Positions 26,222 to 39,231 of a stretch of DNA of 64,000 nucleotides are shown here, in pieces. The DNA lies in NCBI RefSeq assembly GCF_963506605.1, contig NC_083287.1:16058001-16122000 (forward strand). The letters run 5' to 3'. The notes under the pieces were generated by a model. The model saw only the letters and a program-made list of their open reading frames with translations. It did no database searches and was not told the DNA's origin. Positions within the stretch are counted from its first letter, which is position 1. Each line of letters opens with the position of its first letter. The translations under genes were made by a program, and so were the position numbers. The DNA comes from Zootoca vivipara. Its lineage: Eukaryota.

Positions 26222-27250
26222 TGGGGGTTCATCGTTGCATTGCGAGTCAAGGCCTCACCCCCACTTTATGATGAAATAAGACACATGGACACAAGTATTT
26301 TAGGATAATGAGCTAAAAAAAAGGCCACAACTTTATTGGTTACAGAATGTGAGTGGTATTGGCTTAGGCATTGGACCCGAACCGACTATACTTGACTCCT
26401 GCCCGCTCTGCAGGAAGTCACACAAGGGTTAACAACCTGTAGGGGAAGCTTGTTGATGCAAATCAACTGGAAGCTCTCCCCTGGAGTCACCAGAGGGTCG
26501 TGCCATGGCCCTAGCCACCACCTGGGCATCGGACGGAATACCCTTCAAGGGCAGGGGTAGGTGATGGCCACAACCTCCCCTCGGACACACAACACAATTT
26601 CCAATGCCTGCCTAACCGCCAAACCTTACAAAGTTGTGATGATTTGCTATGAGGTAGGCATACCTGCAAAGTTGCTGTCAGAGAAATAAGGGACCGGGCC
26701 GGAAATAGCAGACCGGAAGTAGCGCTGCCGCCATTTTGGAACTGGGCGGAGCATGCTCAGAAGTGACTTTTGATGCTGCTTTGCCCAGTTCCAAAATGGC
26801 CGCCGCGCCAGAATGAACCGGGGGGAAACAAAAAAAAATCCATTTTTTTCAGCTAGGAACAGCTTGAAAAACGGGGATTTCCCGGGGGAAACTGGAGACT
26901 TGGCAGCTATGGAGGTAGGTGGAGCCAATCTGCAAACTGGGGGGAAAATCCTACCAGTCCCCTTGGGCAACCAAGGCGACCAACCAAAGTCCATAGCAAG
27001 GTCAGGTGTTGAATACATAGCATTAGAGGGAGGGAGGGAGATCCGTGTGTGCAGGATCCAAAGAGGTGCAGCTCGGGGCCCACGGCCGTTTGAATGTGGC
27101 AAGACCATGCCCCCCTGGCTGAGGGGATGACGCGAGCCCAGGACTCCCTGTGACGCAGGGGAACCGACAACGCCGCCCTGCGAAGTGCAGGAAGCGAGTC
27201 CCGCTCGCAATCCCTCCCCTTGCGAAAGACGAGAGGGTTTGTATTCAACA
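26222..27250 (-). mobile_element. Unclassified LTR-like repeat (possibly a DIRS/Ngaro terminal repeat); related fragments at ~21235-21543 (+), ~56280-56518 (+) and possibly ~37330-37600 (+)
   Basis: Shared gacc.tgctatgga...ggtc.cc...gggg..ggYagga.ttt...attg...cctacctc.Yagcaa..gtcac.act block; ccaataaagttgtg near the 3' end. Boundaries are approximate and the family assignment is uncertain. Confidence 0.55.
26659..26911 (+). mobile_element. hAT MITE (same subfamily as 11319-11546), nested in an LTR-like element
   Basis: Same TIRs and interior; 8-bp TSD gaggtagg. Confidence 0.9.
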
Positions 27251-27744
27251 ACATGGCCTTGTTCTGATACAAATCTTGAGCTCACATGCAAGGTAACCTG
27301 GACAAAACATAGCACTGGGGACTTCCTGCACCCCTACCCCATGTTATCATGGAACCACAGAATTAGAAATGTGTTACTTATGATTAGTAAAACTAAGAGC
27401 ACCAGGCTGTTTGGGGGATAAAACAAGAAGGAGCAGAGCCATGGGCACCACCTGGAACGTAAATAAATATCAATCTGAAGTCTTGTGCATATGAGGGGAA
27501 GTGGTACATGACAGCAGCTAAATTATTAGGAATAGGAGATAACTGGCTTCCTAAAAGAACTGCTGTTTCTGGGAAACTTTCTGGAATCCATGCAAGGCCC
27601 ATCTGTTCATACTGTGAAGAGGGGAAGGGCATGCTGGGTCTGTTTTATGTGCTATTCTGAAATGTGTTTTGGGGGGCTATATGCTCTTTTTAGTAATAAC
27701 TGTTTTAATTTTTTAAAAAAGTTAATTTATTCTGTTTTGTTCTT

Positions 27745-28390
27745 TTATTTATTTGTACTTGCAGCTCGCACCTTTCACCTAACACCCAGGGCAGGTAACA
27801 AATATCACAATCAAAATAAGTACAGAATACACTAAAACCATCAAATCAAATCAAAACAACAACGCCGCCGCCACCAGAACAAGAAAACTCCAAACCAGAA
27901 TTGCAGTGCACAGCCATGCAGAGGATCTGGGTAAAGACGTATCTTGACCAACTATCAAACAGAATACAGTGGTGGTTCAAAATGAACTACAGAAGGGAGG
28001 TCTTTCCACAAGCTGGGAGCTACCACAGAGAAGGCCCTGTCCACTGCTCCTCAAACCACAGACAGTGGTGGCAGTAGCAGCAGCAGGGCCTCCCCTGCAA
28101 ATCTAATAATAACAATAACAATAACAATAACATATTTATTATTATTCATCTGGCTGAGTTTCCCCAGACACTCTGGGCAGCTCCCAATCAAGTGTTAAAA
28201 ACAATACAGCATTAAATATTAAAAACTTCCATAAACAGGGCTGCCTTCAGACATCTTTTAAAAATAGGATATCTGGACATGTGGACATGGGAAGAGGAAC
28301 TGCTTCAGATATTTGGGGAGCCCAGTCATTTAGGGCTTTAAAATGTCAATATTAACACCTTGAATTGAACTTGGTAATGAATTGGCAGTG
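27745..28390 (-). mobile_element. Old L2 3' region with a younger L2 tail (28105-28270) nested in it
   Basis: gtcatttagggctttaaa...aacaccttgaattg and gaaggccctg motifs of reverse-strand L2. Confidence 0.65.
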
Positions 28391-28413
28391 ATGCTGCTGG
28401 CTATCTCTGCCTA

Positions 28414-28770
28414 GACCGAGGGTGGTGTTGTGGTCTAAACCACTGAGCCTAGGGCTTGCTGATCAGAAGGTCGGCGGTTCGAATCCCCACAACGGGGTGA
28501 GCTCCCGTTGCTTGGTCCCAGCTCCTGCCAACCTAGCAGTTCGAAAGGACAAAGTACAAGTAGATAAATAGGTACTGCTCTGGCGGGAAGGTAAATGCCG
28601 TTTCCGTGCGCTGCTCTGGTTCACCAGAAGCAGCTTAGTCATGCTGGCCACATGACCTGGAAGCTGTCTGCGGACAAACGCCGGCTCCCCCGGCCTATAG
28701 AGCGAGATGAGCGCCGCAACTCCAGAGTCGTCCGTGACTGGACCTAAGGATCAGGGGGTCCCTTTACCTT
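28414..28770 (+). mobile_element. Sauria SINE
   Basis: Homologous to 16591-16942 over its full length. Confidence 0.9.
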
Positions 28771-30679
28771 ATATATATGACACTAGTCTTGAAAGGTTTG
28801 CACTGCGTGCCAATTCACTACCAATTGGATGAGATGGGCCTTTAGTCTGAGATTCAGTACACACATGCCTTTGGTTTGGAGCTCTAGAAAGAAAGTCACA
28901 TGTGTATGAGAGGGAGTAAATAAATTATCTTCTTCATCTTCCCAGTAAGAACCCCCTCCCTCCCCACATGTGTAATTAATTAAGGAAAACCAAGGTATGC
29001 AGTGGCATATTATTCATGAACCTAACATCCAGCTTGGGCCCTGAGTACACATCACTCAGTCTGCCTTGGGTTGTTTATCTCTTCTTAGGATTGTTTTTCC
29101 TTTATTTCTAAAAGATTTTTTTTTGTTTCACACTTCTGCAAACCTCAAGGTTGTCTTGTGTGTAGGTGGTGCCTCTTTGGCTACAAAAGGAATGGCAAGC
29201 GCCAGGTGCCTATCGCCCTCACAGGTGGCGCTTAGGATCCCGTATAATTCTCCCATGTGACATCCATTCCAGTTCCTGAGCAGATATACAGGGCTAGCCG
29301 GAGTTCTTGATTAAACCAGGAAATAAAAGTGGCATGCACACAGTTATGAAGAGCCTGCAAGGCCAGATGCAGAAGGCAGTAATTCATGCTCTTAAGAAAC
29401 TGGCTTGTATACTTTGGCAAATGAACATTGCGGTGAAGTATGGAAACAGTGTACTGAAACTTCCACTACTCAATCCCTCTGAACGCTTAGCTATATCAGA
29501 AAGGTGGTGGGGGTATGGAGGATTTTATGAGAAACCTTGCAGACCCGCTATGCATTTAAGATACATGTTTGTTGTTGTTAAATTCTTCGGTTCGCCCTCC
29601 CTGACCATTCAAATTAGCAAAGAAAAGAAATATGCAAATCATAAACCGGGGAGGCAACAAAAAAAACAAAAAAAACTTCCCAACTTTACATCTTACTGAG
29701 CATCTTTTAATGTTTGTATCTGATTGTATCATGTATCTGTTTTTTGTTCTTCCCCATATGCAGTTCCGTTCCTTGCTTCATTCAATGATTTGGGGCCATT
29801 CTGCGGTGACAGCTCTTGTTTTGTTTTATGCAGTCCTATTAGAGAACGCTTGCTTGCTGTTGTTTAGTATGCACGCCACCCAAGGAAGAACAGTCTCAAA
29901 CGAGAGGCTTCATCAAGAGGCGTCCCCAGTGAACCCTATCGCAGCAAGTGAAGATATTTCCTGAGGTCTGATGGCTCAATTCAAGTGTGTGTGTGTGTGT
30001 GCGTGCGCGCACGCTAAAAATAAAGACTGTGGCAATTATCTATGCAACCCTGTGCATGTTTACTTGAAAGTAAGTCCTACTGTGTTTGACGGGGCAAACT
30101 TCCAGGTACGTAGCCAGAGGTTCGCAGCCAATAAATCCGATTTCATTGCTATACAATTTACAGAAAATGAACCTTACATCTACACCAAACGTTTAAGCCA
30201 TCAAGTCTGCTTAACAAGAGACTGGAATCATGACACTATACTGTAGAGACAGCACACTCTGGGTTTAATATTAAACAGCAAAGCAAATGCTAATGGGTCT
30301 GCTTTGTTTCTGCCCAGCTGCTGTTGCCATCACCTCCTTCTCTTCTAAGCTGGGAAACCAAACACCCAAGTGCCTCTTTACAACTAGGAGGCAAAGGTGG
30401 TAGCATTAACAATCAGGTAAATGGGCAAATCATTCACTGGGTGGCTAAAGACACTTGTTTATAGTGTTATGGGGGGGGGTGTAGGCTGTATGCTTGAGCC
30501 CCCTTCTAATTCCTGGATCCCGATTGGATTTAATTCCTGGAATAACCAGGCTAGCTTCCTGGTGAGGTAATGGCCCTCTAAGTATGGGCCATTAAGGTAA
30601 CAAAGGAAGTGGCTCTGTGCCAGATAACAAAAGGGTGGGGGCCCCTTCCTCAACTTTCTGGTAGTTAAAATAGATTTAA

Positions 30680-31150
30680 AAAATTGTCCAGTAGCACCTT
30701 AGAGACCAACTAAGTTTGTTCTGGGTACAGTGGTACCTCGACTTACGAAGGCGATCTGTTCCGCGGCGCTCTTCGGATGTCGAATCCTTCGTAAGTCAAA
30801 GCGTCCATTTTGCGCATGCCACTTCTGCACATGTGCAGAACGCACGCACGGCGAAAATACTTCCGAGTTTGTGGACTTCATAAGTCGAAAACTTCGTAAG
30901 TCGAGGCATTCGTAAGTCGAGGTACCACTGTATAAGCTTCCGTGTGCATGTACACTTCTTCAGATACTGTACACTGAAACAGAAGTCACCAGACCCTTAT
31001 GCGGTATATAGTGGGAGGGTGGGGTGGGGGTAATTAGTCTTCCATGAAAAAGCAAGGGATAGTATGCAGCTGACCAAAAATAGCCTTAGCATATGTCTCA
31101 TTACCTGCATACAGGTTTAGTCAGACCAGCATGGCTACCTACCTGAATCT
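30680..31150 (-). mobile_element. Penelope pseudo-LTR fragments with mutated hammerhead (GAAA to GGAA), interrupted by a Tc1/mariner MITE
   Basis: Homologous to 3401-3626; the reverse complement of 30931-30967 is gtatctgaagaagtgtacatgcacacggaagcttata; an inverted copy of the element start is at ~31110-31146. Confidence 0.75.
30728..30930. mobile_element. Tc1/mariner MITE nested in Penelope remnant
   Basis: Perfect TIR cagtggtacctcgacttacgaa; TA TSD. Confidence 0.9.
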
Positions 31151-32343
31151 AGAATTTCTGGTAGTTAGGAAGGCAAAGGGCAGAGCTGAGAACTATGTTA
31201 GCTAGAAGCTGGCAGCTAGCAACTGGCAGGCTGCAGGCTGGGCAACTGGGAGACAGAGCCATTGGGAGGTTTCAGATCCTAACTCAGTCATGAAATCAAT
31301 AGGGCCAGTCATCTCTCTGCCTAGACCCCATAGAGTTACTGAGACAATTAAAAAGGATGGATCACATATATGGCTTTGAGTCCCTTGGAGGGAAAGCGGG
31401 GTATAAATTTAATAAATCAAATGCATTTATTAATTTAGCCTCTTCCTAACTCACTTTTCAATCTTAGAAAAGACTCTCAAGAGTAACTTCTACGTTAAAA
31501 CAAAACACACAAAAATGGGTTGTTTTTGGGGGGGGGCATTTTCAAAGTTACCAAAATAAAACAGACGTGCAGAGTGAATCTTCCGTGTGTGTCTACTCAG
31601 AAATTATTTCAATGGAGCACAGATCAGCCTGAAAGCAGCCTGAAGCCAGATACAAATAACAGGAATAATTAAAAAATTGTATCCCGTAACAGCAGCAAAA
31701 GCACACATCGCGATCCCACTGGAAGCACAGGAAGCAGGAGACATTTCACCTGGCGCTTAAAACTTTGCAAGGTTGGTGCCAGGTGAACAGCACCAGGGGG
31801 AGACTTTCATGTGTGCTTAAGAAGAGCCTGCCGGATCAGGCCAAGGGAGAATCGAGTCCAGCATCTTGTTCTTGCAATAGCCACCCAGATACCTGTGGGA
31901 AACCATCAGGCAGGACCTGAGGTGGGGTTCCAACACAGAAAACCCTGAATCCCACCACCTTCCTCGCTTCCAAAGGTAGGGCAAGCCTTCATAGCCATGC
32001 CCAACACGAGAATCCAGTCATTGATCCACTTGTACATTGATCCACAACACAAAGGAGCAGGGGCGCAGCAAAGAACAAGGCTGTAATCCTATGCACAGTT
32101 TTTCTGGGAACAAACTACTGAACTCAATGCTGGCTGCTTAGGTTCATTCCCTCCGCTGCCGAAATGCAAATCTTTAGCTTTTACTTAGAAATGCAAATCA
32201 CGATGCAAGGAAGTGTTACTGCCATTTGAACTATGTGTGTGAAATGGGAACGCCATCAAAGGAAAGAGGTTTCCAGCCTCTACTTATTTCCCCTCATTCT
32301 TTGACTTCGCACTGCAATAACCTCATGCAAACCAGCTACTAAG

Positions 32344-32460
32344 CACTGTTTAGGGAAGTTTTTAATGTTTGATGTTTTATCGTGTTTCTAATATTCTGTT
32401 GGGAGCCACCCAGAGTGGCTGGGGAAACACAGCCAGATGGGCGTGGTATAATTAATATAT

Positions 32461-32497
<37 letters not shown>
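32344..32497 (+). mobile_element. L2-type 3' tail with (TAC)n
   Basis: Same family in reverse at 28105-28270, 33785-34033 and 44718-44830. Confidence 0.75.
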
Positions 32498-32498
<1 letters not shown>

Positions 32499-33609
32499 GT
32501 CAGCGGAAGAAGAGTCTGAATTGCAGAGGGTTGAATTCTACGATTCTATTAATTTCTCTGGTGCTCCGGAAAAAGACCAGTAACTTTGCCTCTCTCCCCC
32601 CACCCCCCAGTCTTTCCCCTTCACTGTACCAATGGGAAGCACCTCTGAGGATGATCTGCACAGTTTTGCAGGGGAACAGGGGAACTTTTAAATATCCGCA
32701 CACTGTCAATGTTACAAGAAAGTAGAGTTCTCTCTGGAGTGTGGTTCTGCATCAGCTCCAGATAGACTGTAATAACCTTGAGAAAACCCTCATTTAACCC
32801 CCCCCCCCAGGTGGGTTGGCAATTGGATATTCGCACGTGTGCTCTAGCTATGCTCTCCATTGAACAAATTATATGGTGGGGTCTTTTTTTGGGGGGGGAC
32901 TTCTATTCTAAAGCCTTATATGCATATAGTCTTGGAAGTAGGACTCCTCTCACATCCTCACTAGAGAATTACATCATGATAACTGAAGCAATTTGGAAAG
33001 ATTTCCAGGGGGGAAAGCATGTGTGTAGGTAGTATAATGAGATCAAAAAGCGAAGATAAGACAGTGAAGCTAATGTGAAATGCTACTCTGATCAGAAATT
33101 ACAAGGCTATCAAAAACTCGAGGTTCTCAAAAGCTTTTGACTACGCACAGTAACCTTTACGTCATTATCACCCACTGCTCAGTCCAATGCCTTTAAGATG
33201 CCGAAGATGCAGATGGTTCCGTTTCGAGAATACGTTGCAACTGATTTAGGATGCAGACCCGTGCCTCCAAATTGTGGGTCCGACTCAATTTAGTCCAACA
33301 AAGGAGATGGTGCAATTTAAATGACCAAAAGGGTTGTGCAGACTTTTGTTCACTCGCTATACTTACCCCTGCCCTCTCAGATGCTGTTGGGACTACAACT
33401 CCCATCATCCCTGAATGCTGGCAGCGCAGGCTGATGAGAATTTGGACCCGCAGCATAGGGGGAGACCATGTTTGCTGTAGCTCATCCTGCAGAGTCCTCT
33501 TTACCTAACCAGGCACCCATATTAAAAGCAAGAAGGCCATAGCTAAAGCGAGAAAGACTCCACTGTACACACATTTTCCACTTGTGCGCTTCTTTCCATT
33601 TTAGATATA

Positions 33610-33784
33610 CAGTGGTACCTCTGGTTATGAACTTAATTCGTTCCGGAGGTCCTTTCTTAACCTGAAACCGTTCTTAACCTGAGGTACCACTTTAGATAAT
33701 GGGGCCTCCCGCTGCCGCCATGCCGCCGCTGAGCGATTTCTGTTCTCATCCTGAGGTAAAGTTCTTAACCCGAGGTACTACGGG

Positions 33785-33832
<48 letters not shown>

Positions 33833-34090
33833 TATTTATACCCCGCCCATCTGGCTGGGGTTCCCCATCCACCCTGGGCGGCTTCCAACAGAAAAATGAA
33901 ATAAAATAATCCCCAGCCACCCTGGGCGGCTTCCAACAGAAAAATGAAATAAAATAATCTATTAAACATGAAAAGCCTCCCTAAACAGGGCTGCCTTCAG
34001 ATGTCCTCTAAAAATCTGGTAGCTGTTTTTTTCTGGTAGCTGGTTAGCGGAGTCTGTAACCCGAAGTGTTTGTAACCCGAGGTACCACTG
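33610..34090. mobile_element. Tc1/mariner MITE interrupted by an L2 3' tail (33785-34033, minus strand)
   Basis: TIR cagtggtacctc...gaggtaccactg; the insert has an (AAT)n tail and a 48-bp tandem duplication (33863-33958). Confidence 0.8.
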
Positions 34091-36084
34091 TGAATGAAAT
34101 GCAGGCCTGCATTTAAAGATTCAAGACTTCCCTGACACCACATGTACGTTGGCCTAGGGACCCACCTCAACAAGTGAATTCCCACTTTGGATCTGAACCA
34201 CAGCAACTCATGTGAACTCCGCTCTATTCCAAGCAGAGACCTATCGTGTTCCCAAACATGGCAGAAACCCTCCCTGCTACCTGCTTTTTTCCAAATGCAG
34301 AACTTGCCAAAGGATGGTGAGATGGCTTCTCAACAACCTCCCTGTGGCCTGGATTGTCACACAAAAGTAGTCAACACACAATGAAACAGAGAGGCATCGG
34401 AAATGCAGTCCCCACACTGCTTGATTTCACAGTCCACTACTTCTGGAAATGATATTGTCCCTACTTCCTTATTTCAGTGAGCAATGTCAAGAAGCAGAAG
34501 CAGACCTTGTGGCCATGTAGATGGAGCTCTCCCAGCTCTCCCAGCTTCTGAACACAGCGTGTGACCTGAATTACCAGAAGGAGAAAGGGGCACAGGGAGA
34601 GCATTGGTGCTCCATCTATGCTGCTTCATGGGGCCCTATTGTCAATAACACTTGTCAGAGTCAAAGCCTCTCTGCACAGCTGTTCCCATTGACTTAGTAA
34701 GGTAGGGTCTTGAGAAAAGGGGTGGGCAGTAGCAAGGAAGGCCGGAGAAGAATCGATCCCATTCCAAATGGGACCTGAACCACGATGGGGTCAGATTTGA
34801 AATCATTGTGGTGGATGTGCAAAACATGTCAATCAAAGCCGCCGCTACTCGTTGATATCTGGCACCCTAACAAGTTAAGACTATAATCCACGCTTGTCAT
34901 TTCTGTCTGAGCAACGGTTCCCAGACAGAAGATTAATGGTGGATACCAGACGTGCGAAATGAATATTTTATGGAATAAAGATGTAAACTGCGCTGCAAGA
35001 GTCAGAACTCCGGTGAAACATCTTCCCGCAAAAGAGATAATGTGTTGATAAATCATTAAAAACACCATTATTGCGCTCTAGAACAGGGGTAGGAAATGTG
35101 GGGGGGGGGGGGTTCAAGCCAAGGGCAGCTTCTCCTCGTAGCCAACCTTTCAAGGAAGGGTGGGAGGGCAGATGAAAAAGCAGACAGAGCAACAGACATG
35201 ACTCTTGCTTCTCGGCAGCGGACCGCATTCCAGTCCTGCAAAGTTTCACCTCCCTTTAGCTTTCCACACACAAATTCACCCATGCAGGCAAGAAAGAGGG
35301 AGTTCAAGGGCACACGCCTACCAGGGCAAAAGCACTTGGGGATGGTGTGGAACAGAGCAAGTGAGGGGAATGGCCTGGGGTGGATTTTTAGGGCAAGACA
35401 GCTAGAAGCTTGGAAGGCAAAATTCAGCTCCAAGGCCCAAGTACACCACTCCCTGCCATAAGTGTATTTTGCATATTAAGAATGCCGGAATAAAAATATT
35501 TTGTAGGCAACCATAGCATGCCACGCTGGTGCACTCCGCATTCGAATTCATTTAAACGACAAAACATATTTTAAAGTATTAGCCATTAAATGAAAATAAA
35601 CTGCAAGCGCTACACAGATTCATTTTCGTTCCACTACGCCACTATTTCAGAAGCGATGCGGTTGGGCCATAGTTAACATTTTCTTACAAGAACGGAGCAC
35701 AAGATGTCAAAAGAGAGAAAAGCGGGATGAGGATTTGCTTGGGAAAGCTTTCCCAAGAGTTTCAGATTTTTACATAGGAAATCAATTTGCATCACCGATA
35801 ATATTGTTCAAATCAGATGACACTGTGTGGTTAGGAGGTAATTTACTTTGCTGCCGAAGCAATTTGATAGTTGTTCTGATTTGTGATTTTCATTTTGTTT
35901 GTTAATGAAAAAAATTAATGAGCAATGTTACTGGAAGTAGAACTCGAAGGAGCAGCATTATTAAACATGTTTTCAATATACTGTACATTATGTTGATTGC
36001 ACCGCCATAGCCTGAACTTTTGCAGCGCAAACACCAGTCAATCAATCTGATGTGGAATTTGCAGGGAGGAATTTTGGCACTTAC

Positions 36085-36143
36085 CTTTGCACTGATTTGT
36101 GTTTTTGTCTAGAATTGCTTTTGTGGATACAATTTTTCCATAC
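36085..36143 (-). CDS. RBMS3: RBMS3 internal coding exon (part of RRM1; probable exon 3), 59 bp
   Basis: Minus strand reads polypyrimidine tract...ttttcag|G TAT GGA AAA ATT GTA TCC ACA AAA GCA ATT CTA GAC AAA AAC ACA AAT CAG TGC AAA G|gtaagt, giving YGKIVSTKAILDKNTNQCK(G). Splice sites are canonical. The NTNQCK residues match RBMS3 rather than RBMS1 (TTNKCK), from recall. No neighbouring exons were found in the window, consistent with large introns. Confidence 0.95.
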
Positions 36144-37714
36144 CTGAAAAACAAAAGTTGGGGGGGGGAGAGAGAGAGAGAAATAGGGATGTTCATTTTA
36201 TTGTTGTTTAAAACCTAGCCCAGTTGTCAAGCATACTTAAAAGAGAAGGAGACTTAAGTGCTCCTGAAAAGTGCAGCACTAACAGTATTGTATGGTAATA
36301 TCCTGCATGCTGTCTTTGCATTTCTCACCTGACCTTCAAAAGCTACCCTTACAAAGGTGGTTAATTTTCTATGCTTGCACTTTGATAATCAACAAAGAGA
36401 CCAATTACAGTGGCAGATTTGGGGGATGTCAAGGCAAACAAAGATGTTTTTCTGAGTCTGTTGATTAGATCAGGCTAAAACTGTGTTTTTTCACTTGGTT
36501 GAATGAGATGAATGGGTGATTTTCCAAGACACAGAATGGACCACTCTCTGAAATTGGCAATGCCAGAGTGGAACATATGGGAGACTCATCAGCCAGCCTA
36601 AGGGGATGCCTGTTTTCAGAACACACCGCGTTGATTTGTGTGCAATGGAGGGATTTTTTTTAGATTTTTGGGGTGGAAATGGTGACTAAGGGAAGAGAAC
36701 ATTACGGAGGTTTGTAAAATTATGACTGGTGTGAATGGAGGGATTTTTTTTCTCCCTCTCAAAATATGAGAACTTGGAAGGTTGCCAGATTGCATTTATT
36801 TCTTGACTTAACACCATACCACTGCCACAAAAGGTACAATCAAAAATCACCATTGAAACAAAATTAAAAGCTATTTCTAAAAAATAATGTCTAAAAATGC
36901 ACTTAAAGCCAAATAACTGCAGACCATAAAATTAAATCAAGAAACCTCCAGCCAATACTAAATGCCTTCTCAGTTTTTAAATAGAAACTAAAACACCAGA
37001 AGTGGCTGGACACAATTCTGATAGAAGTGAATGCTGGAATTCCACAAAAAGGGCTTACTGTATATTTTTTCTTCTTCTGGAAGAGGCTGTCTGGGGCTGA
37101 TGGGAGTTGGAGTCCAGCAACATCTGGGAGGGGACCACATTGGCCACCCCTGCCCCAAACCATGTAGCAACTCTGAATTGTGTCTGGAAGCTAGTAGGGA
37201 GCCAGAATAAGCAAAAGCTTCCAAAGCATAATGATGCCAAATCTTTGTTCTGTGTCTGAAAGCTCTTCATACAATGTATATTCTCATGTACTTATAGAAT
37301 GTGGCCGTTAGCTTAATCTTCAGCGGCATCTCGCCGGAAGCAGCAGCAGCTGTGCAGCCCTGGTAGTAGGGTACCAGCAAGGGCACTGCATCGTGGGATT
37401 TCACCACCCAAGGTGGCTGCTTCATTCCTTCTCATGGGCAAGGCTGACCCTGCCCTCAGGGCTGCCTAGCACACAGGCTAGGAGAGACATTGGCCAGCAG
37501 GTGGGCTGCCCTCTAATAGGATCCTTGTTCTGTCCTGTGCAAAATCCTGATAATCTGCAACCAATAAAGTTGTGCTCATGTTTTTACCTACACATGCCCC
37601 ATCCTGTTCATTGCTCCAGATCAACAGGCCTTACACACCTGGTATTCATAGCAGTACTTATTGCCCATAGCAATAAAACACTTAAATGTGAATGCAACGG
37701 TGTATCCGACCATT

Positions 37715-38045
37715 GTCAACAAAAGAGGTTTAAAGACTGTCTCAAGGCAAATCTTAAAAAATGTAGTACAAACACTGACAACTGGGAAACACTGGCCTGC
37801 GAGTGCTCCAGTTGGAGAACAGCCTTTACCAAAGGTGTCATGGGCTTTGAAGACGCTCGATCTCAGGACGCAAGGGAGAAACGTGCTAAGAGGAAGGCAC
37901 ACTTGGAAAATCCACACCATGATCAACTCCCGCCTGGAAACCAAGGTCCCCACTGTGGAAGGACGTGTGGATCCAGAATTGGCCTCCACAGTCACTTACG
38001 GACTCATTGTTAAAATCTTACTTGGCTATGAGTGATTGCCGAAGA
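37715..38045 (+). mobile_element. RTE-clade LINE 3' end
   Basis: QQKRFKDCLKANLKKC...WETLA...PHCGRTCGSRIGLHSHLRTHC*, a C-terminal zinc finger; same family as 51590-52310. Confidence 0.85.
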
Positions 38046-39231
38046 AATATCCAAATTAATTGGACATACGTTTTTTCCTAAATAAAAGTTAATAATTAAT
38101 TGCAGCGGCCAAGACCCCAAGTTCTGATAATTGGTCATAAATGGAACAATAACATCTGATAACATTTTTTTCTTGCTTAGGTGTCTGGCACTGTAATTTG
38201 TCGTTAGGGATATGGCTCTTCTCATCATTGCAAGCAATGCAATTTTAATTCTTATCACACAGATACCAAAAAGGCATTACACAATGGGAATCTACATGCA
38301 AATAGCATGGAATGGCATAATGCATAACAGAGCTGGCCTGCTAATTTGTAATACTAATCATGGTTTTAGTTGTTTTTTTAAAAAAACAAAAAACCTCTAA
38401 AACTATTTAACTCTGTACATGCGTACATGTGCAGATTTTCAGTTTGACATTTCGGAGACCTCCAGTCAAGTCCATAAACCTCAATACTGTAGGTCTGTTC
38501 TGAGTAGGAGTAGAGTTGAATGTCAGCCTCTCTCTCTTGACCTTCATTCACTGTCACCGCCAAAGCAAGCAAACGAATTTGATTTCCATAACCAACGTGC
38601 AATTGCACCCAATAACCCATGATTGCAAGCTAATCCACACATCGCAAGGAAACGTGAAAGAAGGAAGAATGCCTGGAGTTATTGTAGCAGTCAGATAACT
38701 TTGGTAATACTGTATTTGATATGCCCCTTATAATGGGCCATTCCAAAGAGTAACGTATTCCACAGTGAAATAATGGAAGAGCTATCCATAGTATATTGTG
38801 ATAATTTACAAGTCACATCAAATCCATATCTTTTTGTTTTCTTTTCAGCTGCCGTCTTGGAGGAATCACATACACTCACTCAGGCTTTTCATGAGATTCA
38901 GATTTTATCTCACCACTGTTTTGAATTAGGCCTCCTGCTCATGTTTTATTCTCGGTTTGAACTTGGGTGTGTGCACCTTTCTTTTTTAAGAATGGGAGGA
39001 TTCAGCTAACTAACCCTTCTAGTGGAAGACCATGGAAAGACTTCAAAAAGCTCCCCCAAACTGGCTCTGTGGGAGTCAGGAGAACCCCCAGAACAGCATG
39101 CAGTTGAAGGAAGGTATTGGCTGTTCCATCTGGCAAGCTGTTTGCATGTTTTTTTCCAGTGGGTTTCAATTATATGTGATTTCACTGACATGCGTAGTTC
39201 CTCGGAATATAACCCCCACACAAAAAGGGGG

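Noticed and set aside
26647-27315. 222-aa ORF, the longest in the track
   Set aside because: It crosses a MITE junction, starts at a non-ATG codon and has no recognisable domain.
37393-38013. 206-aa ORF with a zinc finger
   Set aside because: Only the last ~100 aa are RTE LINE ORF; the rest is chance read-through.
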